Source of the DNA: Promethearchaeota archaeon
Lineage (GTDB): Archaea; Asgardarchaeota; Heimdallarchaeia; Hodarchaeales; Hodarchaeaceae
DNA length: 64,000 nucleotides
Direction: 5' to 3'
Assembly (NCBI GenBank): GCA_048938105.1
Contig: JBHLMN010000025.1
Span: 1 to 64,000 of the forward strand
In this document: in pieces, positions 29,782 to 38,141 of the stretch
How positions within the stretch are numbered: the first letter of the stretch is position 1
How the letters are laid out: every line of letters starts with the position of its first letter
Translations under genes and position numbers: made by a program
Notes under the pieces: generated by a model
Seen by the model: only the letters and a program-made list of their open reading frames with translations
Databases searched by the model: none
What the model was told of the DNA's origin: nothing

Positions 29782-31365
29782 TTATTCTGGGAACTCCTTA
29801 ACATCTTTTCTTCCTTTGAGAATCTGGATGAGCTGATGGAAACAAAAGATGGTAATTGCAATGACAAAAAGCATTATTCCAAAATCAATTATAAGATTAA
29901 TTAAAGATAGATTGGGTAGTAAAGGCATATTGTGAAGCCAGTAATCCAGTACATCATCGTATTTATCTAATTCTGCCGCCCAAGTCTGATCAAAGTGGGG
30001 AAAATACATATAGATCGCTGTAGGAAGAAATGCCATGATGCTACCAGCAAAAGACAGCCAACCCATTGCTATTCGTGGCTTACCTTGAATATCTAATATG
30101 TCAATGAAGAAAAGGAGGAGGAGGATCGCTGATAACACAGCTAAAACGTGCCAATGACCACGGGCAACCGTATCTTCGATAGCTACAGGGCCCGATCGAA
30201 ATGATACCATACCTGTTACCCTCGTCAAAATTGAATCATCGCGAAGACTAAGCGCAAGGAATATACCTGTAAAAGTCATTACGAAATTTACCCATATGAA
30301 TAAGAAATATAACGTAAGTTTCACAGGATCTTTGAACACAGCTTTTGCACGAGTAAGCCAGGATGCAGATCCATAAGAATCACCAAGGATTTCCTTACTC
30401 GTTTTATTCCAACCAGTTAATGCCAATATTAAACCAACAGTTACGAGAATTGCTGAGCCTGCATAAATTAGATAATGAATATCAACATCAGCGAATGAAT
30501 GAATCCACTCGGAGATTGTAACAAGCCAACATCCTATTGACATGATGATAAATCCTGGAATAGCAAGTAACATTGAAATAAGATACCACTTCCCCTTTTG
30601 ATCTGGAACAGTGTACCGATATACAACTAGTAAGATAATCACATCGATAAGTCCCAACATTATATGTAAATGACCCTTAATCCCATCAACAAATATAACT
30701 GGGTAAGTAATATAGTCATATTCTCTAAGAAAATATTCTGCTTGTAATACTGTCAATCCATTACCGAAGAAAGCTCCTATTGACGCTCCGAGTACAACAC
30801 TTGCTAAGATACAGATAGTAAGTAGTGCTAATGCAAGTTGTGCGACAAAAATATTCCTACCTGTATCTGGATCTCGTCTTGGGAAGGTCCTGGTTGGGAA
30901 AACACCGATAAGTAACATGATACCCGCATAGAAACAAAGAGACATCCCTACCAAGAACAGACCATGTAATATCCACGCCTCTGGAAGAATATACGCAAAA
31001 ATCAGTGCATTCGCAGAAGCTAAAATACTCCCAATAAATAAAGGCCATTTCACGCGCGATCTAAACTTCTCCCGAACATCCATGAATTCCAGAACAAAAT
31101 ATGTACATACAGCAATGAATGGAACCGAGATTGCATGATAAACCATAATTATACGGCCCGCTTTTTCAACTGGATCGGGGTCTAATGTCATCCAAGGCTC
31201 TACATTTAAGAGTCCCGTTATTGGTTCAGAAAAGGTCGATAAAAAGAGAACAATACAGAACTCCCAAACAATCGTAAAAGTTATCATTCCTTTATAGGTC
31301 AGACCATAATTGATTTTGTACTTTAACCAGGGAATAATTCCTTCTTCTTTTACTTCAGTCGTCAT
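29782..31365 (-). CDS. Polytopic membrane protein with heme-copper-oxidase-like His pattern, function unknown
   Basis: About 12 TM; VYHA (TM2), GHLH, ARGHWHVL; 32 bp upstream of ctaB on the same strand. Confidence 0.6.
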   Translation of the reverse strand: MTTEVKEEGIIPWLKYKINYGLTYKGMITFTIVWEFCIVLFLSTFSEPITGLLNVEPWMTLDPDPVEKAGRIIMVYHAISVPFIAVCTYFVLEFMDVREKFRSRVKWPLFIGSILASANALIFAYILPEAWILHGLFLVGMSLCFYAGIMLLIGVFPTRTFPRRDPDTGRNIFVAQLALALLTICILASVVLGASIGAFFGNGLTVLQAEYFLREYDYITYPVIFVDGIKGHLHIMLGLIDVIILLVVYRYTVPDQKGKWYLISMLLAIPGFIIMSIGCWLVTISEWIHSFADVDIHYLIYAGSAILVTVGLILALTGWNKTSKEILGDSYGSASWLTRAKAVFKDPVKLTLYFLFIWVNFVMTFTGIFLALSLRDDSILTRVTGMVSFRSGPVAIEDTVARGHWHVLAVLSAILLLLFFIDILDIQGKPRIAMGWLSFAGSIMAFLPTAIYMYFPHFDQTWAAELDKYDDVLDYWLHNMPLLPNLSLINLIIDFGIMLFVIAITIFCFHQLIQILKGRKDVKEFPE

Positions 31366-31454
31366 ATAATAACCTCTTGAGTAATATCTCTTATTATGGT
31401 TTTTTGATGGTTTTTTGACATTTTATCAATTCTTCATAAGAAATATTTATGATT

Positions 31455-31577
31455 TAATTTCAACTACTTTAGTAAGTTAAGACTGAGATTTCGATATTTT
31501 TATTCAATCTTCTGACAATAAGTAAGTTTTCTATGGTTTTTCTAATTTGGTGAGAAAAAAGTAATCTGATAACTTCC
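31455..31577 (-). promoter_or_regulatory. Shared upstream element, copy A (HCO-like/ctaB operon)
   Basis: Core AAGTAA-TCTGA-TAACTT at 31559-31575 plus ~35 bp matching the other copies. Confidence 0.7.
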
Positions 31578-31683
31578 ATTCCCAATGATTGGAAAAAAAA
31601 AATAAGGTAGAAAAGACATATTTTCTACTGGATTGTAATTATTTACCTTCAATGTGTTTGAACGTCAATTACTAGGAATTTAT

Positions 31684-32349
31684 TTAGAAAGGGATTTCTG
31701 CTTTCCATTTACTGGGTAACAGAATTCCTAGAACGAAGAAGACTCCAACAATTACTAATAAGAGAGGTAACACATCAAAAATTTGTTGTTCAGTTAAAAA
31801 TGGATTTTCCAATGCAACAAAGGCAAGCAATACTCCACCAAATGAAATTAGTAATCCACCAATTGAGAAGAGAATACTTGTCATTTCCGTTTTTTTAGTG
31901 AAGGCGGTATAAAGTGGAATACCAACAATTGAAAGACCACTGGGGATATGGAGGCCCATTAATACAGGTGAGGAAAAGGCATCAAGACCAGAAATGAGCT
32001 CAAGTCGGACAACTGCCAAAACTAGTACCATTACAACTGTAAAAATAGTGTAAAATAATCCGTAAGGTTTGTCCTTCCAAACAGCAAAGAATAGTCCAAT
32101 TGCTAAACAAGCAGGTATAAAAGCTGCAACTACTGGCACTAAGGGTTCCTTAAGGATGATAAAACCGTTCAATATAATCAAAACTCCCGATACAAACAGA
32201 ACAAGGAAGCTAATGGCCCATGCTATATGATAGACTTTCTTATTCTTTAAGTAATTTAAAATAAGCAAGATTGCCATAACTAGTGCCACAACACCAGTCA
32301 CCAATAATAGTAGTATTGGTATTAGGTTCGTTGATATATCATCTAACAT
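31684..32349 (-). CDS. Hypothetical 7-TM membrane protein
   Basis: Hydrophobic ORF with GAGG RBS. Confidence 0.75.
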   Translation of the reverse strand: MLDDISTNLIPILLLLVTGVVALVMAILLILNYLKNKKVYHIAWAISFLVLFVSGVLIILNGFIILKEPLVPVVAAFIPACLAIGLFFAVWKDKPYGLFYTIFTVVMVLVLAVVRLELISGLDAFSSPVLMGLHIPSGLSIVGIPLYTAFTKKTEMTSILFSIGGLLISFGGVLLAFVALENPFLTEQQIFDVLPLLLVIVGVFFVLGILLPSKWKAEIPF

Positions 32350-32625
32350 CTTTAAACCTCAAATAACAATTGTTAAATCTGCAGAATAGTAGTAGGTGGC
32401 AAAAATATTAGGATTTGCTAAACGAAAGCTCATGGATTAATAGTTCAGATAGTACATAACAAAAAAATAACCTAATTATTTTTGAGGTAAAAAAATATAT
32501 ACTTGAATTAGGAGTAGCTAATAGTTATTATGAAAAATTATTCAATATAATTAATGAATAATTCCCTATTATTAAGAACTGGTTTTTTTCTTAAACCTAA
32601 GTTTAATTAAGAAGGTAAATATACG

Positions 32626-33096
32626 ATGAATAATTACTCAGAAGATGAATGCTCTGCTATGGTCGCTATCAAGATTCTTGGACGGAAGTGGATTCCTTGG
32701 ATTGTGTGTGAACTCTTATCAGCGGGAGAACTATTCTTTTCTGACCTCCTAGACAGAATTGAAGGAACTTATGGGGAAAAAATATCCGCAAGAGTCTTAT
32801 CGGAGTCTTTGTCCAGGTTAGAAGAGATGAACTTATTAGAACGTACGGTAGTTAGCGAAACAATGCCCATTAGAGTGAGATACTCCTTGACTCCTAAAGG
32901 AACAGATCTTCAGGTAGTTTTTGCGGTTTTAAAGGGGTGGGGAATAAAATGGGGAGACATTCGTCAGAAAAGATGTCGTTCATTCAGTTGTATTCATAAT
33001 TGTGTTCCAATGATTGATATTGATAAAGCAGCAGGTTTGTTGGAACTAAGAGATCCAGAATCACCCCCTCTGAATAAGATTGAGGATTCTTCTTAG
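32626..33096 (+). CDS. HxlR-family winged-helix regulator with N- and C-terminal Cys
   Basis: C...A..ILGRKW, F..L, ISARVLS..L..LE, P.RV.YSLT.KG..L, W G. Confidence 0.9.
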   Translation: MNNYSEDECSAMVAIKILGRKWIPWIVCELLSAGELFFSDLLDRIEGTYGEKISARVLSESLSRLEEMNLLERTVVSETMPIRVRYSLTPKGTDLQVVFAVLKGWGIKWGDIRQKRCRSFSCIHNCVPMIDIDKAAGLLELRDPESPPLNKIEDSS

Positions 33097-33282
33097 CTTG
33101 TCGTTCTAGCGTTTTTTATTAGGATTGATCAAAAAGAACTCCATATCGAAGGGTTTATTGTTAAAAAACGAGGGTACTTCATTCGTGAGATGATTAGGTA
33201 ATAAAAAAAGAGTGGAAGAAAACCTACCAAGTTGTTTTCTTCGGATGTTGTCAGGCTTAGTCTCAAGAAAATAATTTCTTAA

Positions 33283-34017
33283 TTAGGTTTTCAAAGGTAC
33301 TGGTTTAGGAGAATAGATTACATTTAACAATCGTCCAGCAATTTGTGTAATCATCCCAAGTAAGAAACACAACATTCCACCAAAGAACTGAAGTGTGCCT
33401 GAGGATAAGAGATAACCATATCTATCTACACCAATATTTACCCCATCAATTATGTGTGTTGGCATAATTAAAGGTTGAACCATCATTACAATCCCTAAAC
33501 CAAATAACACAAAAGCAAAGTTTGCAACTTGAGATCCAACGCTTCCTCCAGAAGAAGAAGCAGGTTCTTCTATATGTACCTTAATTTCTTGCTTAAACTT
33601 TGGTAATAATAGTAAGATCAATATGATCAAATTCAGGATCGCTGAAATCCAAGAAGGGGTGAAAAGTAAACCTGTCCGTGGTGTAGAAAAAAAGCCAATT
33701 GACATTAATATAGCAGGAATACCTCTCCCTATAATTCCTGTAATACTGGCAATAAGGGCTGCTGGATAGAACCACGTTTTTCTAGCCCAATATGCCCAGA
33801 TAAGAACTCCCCACGCAAGCGCTGAGAACCAGGTCACAAAGTAAGTGATAAACCAGATTTCTGAATAGTCTCCTGCAATTGCGAATGGCCCCTTTTGCCA
33901 AAATGGATCAAGTGATACGCACGTACTTCCAATGGCACTAACAACTCCAACAGCTGCTGCCGCACCTATTAAGAATTCCATTTTATGTTGAGTTATTGCT
34001 TTTAATATACTACTCAA
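33283..34017 (-). CDS. Hypothetical membrane protein
   Basis: About 6 TM segments; carries the shared upstream element. Confidence 0.75.
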   Translation of the reverse strand: MSSILKAITQHKMEFLIGAAAAVGVVSAIGSTCVSLDPFWQKGPFAIAGDYSEIWFITYFVTWFSALAWGVLIWAYWARKTWFYPAALIASITGIIGRGIPAILMSIGFFSTPRTGLLFTPSWISAILNLIILILLLLPKFKQEIKVHIEEPASSSGGSVGSQVANFAFVLFGLGIVMMVQPLIMPTHIIDGVNIGVDRYGYLLSSGTLQFFGGMLCFLLGMITQIAGRLLNVIYSPKPVPLKT

Positions 34018-34076
34018 GTTCCTAACCTTCTTTTTTCTGATTAAATTTCTGCATTAATTTTTAGGATGTACAAGGC

Positions 34077-34202
34077 TTGAAATTTCAACTAATCATTTGA
34101 TTGACTATCAAAAATTCAGTTCTTGGTTCCTTCCAATGTTGCGAATAAGAGCATTTGGTAAGATTTGAATAATATAGTGAGAAGAAAGTAACCTGATTAC
34201 TT
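34077..34202 (-). promoter_or_regulatory. Shared upstream element, copy B
   Basis: Perfect core AAGTAA-CCTGA-TTACTT at 34186-34202; hairpin/TTGAAATTTCAA at 34077-34118. Confidence 0.75.
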
Positions 34203-34351
34203 AGTAAGGGAAAAAACCAGAATAAAAATCATCCTAAAAATATACTACAAAAAGCTTTGAAATTAAGATGTTAATTACTTCCCGAGAATTACAGCGCTAT
34301 CCCACACGATTTATTAAATTCACAATTACACTAAGCCTATAAACAACCTTG

Positions 34352-34484
34352 CATGTTATCGGGTTACTTTCTGTTTACTTGATTATTGAAAACTTAGAAA
34401 ACACTTCTTATTGAAGGAGGGTGCCTTTTAATAGAGCCCCCTGAAATTTCAATGATCATTCTGATGATTGATTGATATTTCAAA
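34352..34484 (+). promoter_or_regulatory. Shared upstream element, copy C
   Basis: catgttatcgggttactttctgtttacttgattattgaaaacttagaaaa; hairpin at 34442-34482. Confidence 0.75.
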
Positions 34485-34530
34485 GAGAATTGGGGCTTAA
34501 TGGCATTAATAAACATGAGGAGATAAGGAT

Positions 34531-35907
34531 TTGAATGGAAAGCCGAAACATACCATGCTTTTAACCTCAGTGATTGCTATATTTTTCTTGATCGGAGGAG
34601 TATTTGTTATTAAAACTTCTGTTCATTTTTTCCCGATAGATAGCTCAATTGATTCGAATTTAATTAGCAATGAAGCGAATAAAGTTATTCCTCAGAATTA
34701 CACCAGACGGGAGGTTATGAATGTTCAACAAGACGCGTGTTGTGGTCATACTGATACAACTCCTCCTACAATACAAATCAATTCGCCTGCTAATAATTCC
34801 TTTGTACTTGGAGGTACAATTATTGATCTAAAAATTTTTGATGATAATCCGTTTTATGATTACGAAGCAAAACAAGTCCTTTATCGTTGGGGAACAGACC
34901 AAAGTAATACAACCCTTGACTCTCCTCATAATGTGGTTATATCAAATGATATTGGAACATATGTTTTGTATGTCTATGCAGAGGATAATGATGATAATTG
35001 GGGTTCAGCTATATTCAGTTTTACAGTTACATTAACTTACAATCCACCGACTATAGAAATAATTTTCCCCAGCACTAGTAATCAAACTCTTACAGGAATG
35101 AAGTTATTCAGTGCCAATGTGAATGATGATAATGGAATTCTCGACGTAAAAATACAAATCGATGTAGTGGTGGATGGTGTTAGGTATCCTGGTCGTACTT
35201 ACCCTATGTATTATAACGAGACATCTAGTTATTATGACATGAATTTCAATGTTTCATCGCTGACTAATGGCTACCATTGGCTTGTAACAATCGCTACAGA
35301 TCTTGATGGGGAACAGCACATAGTTACTAAAGAAATTGATTTTACAGTTATTGGTGGGATAGGAGTAATTGTGGGGGGTGATCCACCTGAATGGGATCAA
35401 ATCCAATCAGTTCTTCCCAAAAATGTTAGTAAATATATCGAAGAAGATAAATTCTCAGATTACGAGGCAGAAGTTGGTGATGTTTACTTTAAGCTGGTTG
35501 TATCTGATGAAGTGGGAATTGCAGCAGTTGATCTCACAGTTTACGCGTTGGATGATTTTGATAATAGTACTGGTGAGTTTGAGCTTGGTGATGCTCGGAT
35601 AGAATTATCTGAATCTCTAAGTCAAATTGGAACCAATGGAAACTGGCTTATATATGAATATACATGGGATAGCACATCTTCTTTGGATAATTATTATCTA
35701 TGTAAATTTGAAATCCAAGATGAGGATACGATAACGAATCGCTTAATAATCAGCATAGTTCTTGAGATAGACAACGTTGTTGATGATCAACCAACCGTTG
35801 ACTTTGGTTCACCAGGGTTTGAGGTAGAAATACTAATTCTCGCTCTGTCAAGTTTGGTTCTCTTAGCTGTCCTTATCAACCGTAATCATACTCACAAGAA
35901 TGACTAG
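34531..35907 (+). CDS. Acidic Ig-like-domain surface protein with PGF-type sorting tail
   Basis: Signal/TM, D..PP.I.I.SP.N repeats, SPGFE-TM tail; ACCGH near the mature N-terminus. Confidence 0.8.
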   Translation: MNGKPKHTMLLTSVIAIFFLIGGVFVIKTSVHFFPIDSSIDSNLISNEANKVIPQNYTRREVMNVQQDACCGHTDTTPPTIQINSPANNSFVLGGTIIDLKIFDDNPFYDYEAKQVLYRWGTDQSNTTLDSPHNVVISNDIGTYVLYVYAEDNDDNWGSAIFSFTVTLTYNPPTIEIIFPSTSNQTLTGMKLFSANVNDDNGILDVKIQIDVVVDGVRYPGRTYPMYYNETSSYYDMNFNVSSLTNGYHWLVTIATDLDGEQHIVTKEIDFTVIGGIGVIVGGDPPEWDQIQSVLPKNVSKYIEEDKFSDYEAEVGDVYFKLVVSDEVGIAAVDLTVYALDDFDNSTGEFELGDARIELSESLSQIGTNGNWLIYEYTWDSTSSLDNYYLCKFEIQDEDTITNRLIISIVLEIDNVVDDQPTVDFGSPGFEVEILILALSSLVLLAVLINRNHTHKND

Positions 35908-36126
35908 AGAACTAGACTCCAATCATCTCATCTTTCCCCAAGATTGCTATTTGTTTATTTTGTGATTCAAATTTTCTCATTTTTATTTCCAGAATTATTA
36001 TTAAAATAATCATGTTCAAAGGTGTAGAAGACAACCAAACCTACTCTGACTTAGAATTCCATAGGTTCTCTGCTATTATACCTCAACACAGGGTACTCTA
36101 ATGATGATAATTTCGAGTATTTTTTA

Positions 36127-36253
36127 CATGTAATCAGGTTACTTTCTACTTACTTGATTATTGAAACCTTAGAAAATCTTCTAAAAGTCGTAGGATGTTC
36201 TTTATCAGACTTGAAATTTCCTTAATCTTTCTTATGATTAATCGAAATTTCAA
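36127..36253 (+). promoter_or_regulatory. Shared upstream element, copy D (cytochrome cassette 2)
   Basis: catgtaatcaggttactttctacttacttgattattgaaaccttagaaaa; strong hairpin at 36211-36253. Confidence 0.75.
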
Positions 36254-36337
36254 ACAGAGCCTATTCTCAAAAATTTAAATCAAAACAGAAATTTGCAGTA
36301 ACTTTAAATGAAATCCAAAAAAAATGGCGGAATTTTA

Positions 36338-37900
36338 ATGAATGACCAAGAAGAGATCTTAGTACGCCAAAGTAAGTGGAACGGTCGCAGAGTTGTATTG
36401 CTCTACTGGTTTGCTATTGTCTTCATTGGAACAGCAACAGCTGCTGGTGTTGGAGCTGGTGTTTTAAATCCAAAATACCAGTTTAAAGTGGAACAATACA
36501 CCCATGACGATAAATTCGGCGATGGAACTATCTGGCATCCCGAAGAATGTGCTACTTGCCATCCAGCGGAATACGAAGGTTGGAACCAAACTCTCCACTC
36601 TTATCTTTTCGCTGAGTATAATGAATCTTATTTGATTCATTATAGCGGTACTTACCAGAACACAACCGCATTCCTGGAAAGTAAAGGCTGTTGCCATGTA
36701 ACAAATTGGTACAATGATACTTCTGTTGACCCTTCAGGTGAACTTAAAGTTTGGGATTATGGAGTGACTTGTGCAGCTTGTCACGAGGATCCGGATAATG
36801 GATTTGATCCCGTGGGTTATATGCCATTCGGTCCAGCATCCTACCCCTGTGGTGGTTATGGTATGAAGGGTATGCCACTATGTCATATCCCCCGTGGTGT
36901 TTCTCAGTTTGATATGATTGGTCCTCACTCCCAAGCGCTCGATGATTTGCTTGCTAGTGACGATATAGACGATTCTTGTCTCCATTGTATGACTGGAAAT
37001 GGTCTTGTCTATGGTTATGGCCCAGGTGAAAACAAAAGCTATGAGTACGGAGAACTTATCGGTATCGAGTGTTATGTATGCCACAATCCTATGGGTGTTT
37101 CCAATGAACTGTATAAAGAGGATAAATATCCTAATCTTACTCTTAATTCTACACTGAGAGCAAATAGTATTCCTGAACTTTGTGGAGAATGTCACAGCGG
37201 AGATTACGACTCATCTTATGCAATGATAACAGATACTACTGTTCAAGGTCCCCATTCAAACTTCGATTGCACACAATGTCATGGATATTACTTAGATCCT
37301 GCAACTGAGTCGCAAAATGCTTCTTTTGAGCTCAATCATACATGGACACTCAAACTTCCTGATGCGTGTGCTACTTGCCATCTTCCTACGGGTACAAACA
37401 TGAGTGCTCTCAATGCCACAATAATGGCAACTACTATGGAATCTAGGATGGAGCTCCTTGAGGGCATCCAAGAAGATATTGCAGCATTAGTAGATACAGT
37501 TGAAACTGAGATAACAGCCACCACCACCAAAGCAGACGAAGCTGCAGCAGTTTCAGGTGCTGATGAGGATGAAATCGCTGAAATTTACCTCTTGATTGAA
37601 GAAGCTAAAGCCTTGGTCGAGTTTGTTGAAGCCGATCCAGCAGGTGGATTCCACAATCCTGATCTCACGGAAGTAAAACTACAGTTGGCATTGACTAAGT
37701 TATCTTGGGCGAAAACAGCTGCAGAAGCTATAATCACTCCCCCAGGTACCACCACTGAAGAACCGTTAACAGTAACCAAAACCACACATGCAACTGAAAC
37801 TATAACTGAAACCACAACTGCAGCAGCAACAGCTATTGGTATCTTAGCAGTACTCAGTATCCTCAGTGCAACCGTTCTTTTCCAGAAAAAAAGGCGTTAA
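36338..37900 (+). CDS. Cell-surface multiheme cytochrome c (NrfA/c552-like clade), copy 2
   Basis: Six CXXCH plus CCH, CX10CH and CLHCM; DPAGGFHNP; Thr-rich linker, TM, KKRR (no PGF). Confidence 0.9.
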   Translation: MNDQEEILVRQSKWNGRRVVLLYWFAIVFIGTATAAGVGAGVLNPKYQFKVEQYTHDDKFGDGTIWHPEECATCHPAEYEGWNQTLHSYLFAEYNESYLIHYSGTYQNTTAFLESKGCCHVTNWYNDTSVDPSGELKVWDYGVTCAACHEDPDNGFDPVGYMPFGPASYPCGGYGMKGMPLCHIPRGVSQFDMIGPHSQALDDLLASDDIDDSCLHCMTGNGLVYGYGPGENKSYEYGELIGIECYVCHNPMGVSNELYKEDKYPNLTLNSTLRANSIPELCGECHSGDYDSSYAMITDTTVQGPHSNFDCTQCHGYYLDPATESQNASFELNHTWTLKLPDACATCHLPTGTNMSALNATIMATTMESRMELLEGIQEDIAALVDTVETEITATTTKADEAAAVSGADEDEIAEIYLLIEEAKALVEFVEADPAGGFHNPDLTEVKLQLALTKLSWAKTAAEAIITPPGTTTEEPLTVTKTTHATETITETTTAAATAIGILAVLSILSATVLFQKKRR

Positions 37901-37944
37901 ATCTAGATAACAAATTTCGCATCATAGTTCATTTCCAAAGCAAG

Positions 37945-37983
37945 AACAGCAGTTTTCTGCTGTTTCTTTTGCCTTTTTTTTCC
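37945..37983 (+). terminator. Hairpin plus T-tract downstream of cytochrome 2
   Basis: AACAGCAG-tttt-CTGCTGTT followed by TCTTTTGCCTTTTTTTT. Confidence 0.6.
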
Positions 37984-38141
37984 AAGTGTTCGGGAGCTGA
38001 GGTAAGTATCGCTTTTTTTGCTTTCTATGATATTATCTCTAATTTAAAAGAATTAAAAGAAACTAATTCCCGTCTTATCATAAAATAACTGCCTTCATCA
38101 TAAAATAATTGTGTGAAATTACTAAAGAGATGGAATAATTC

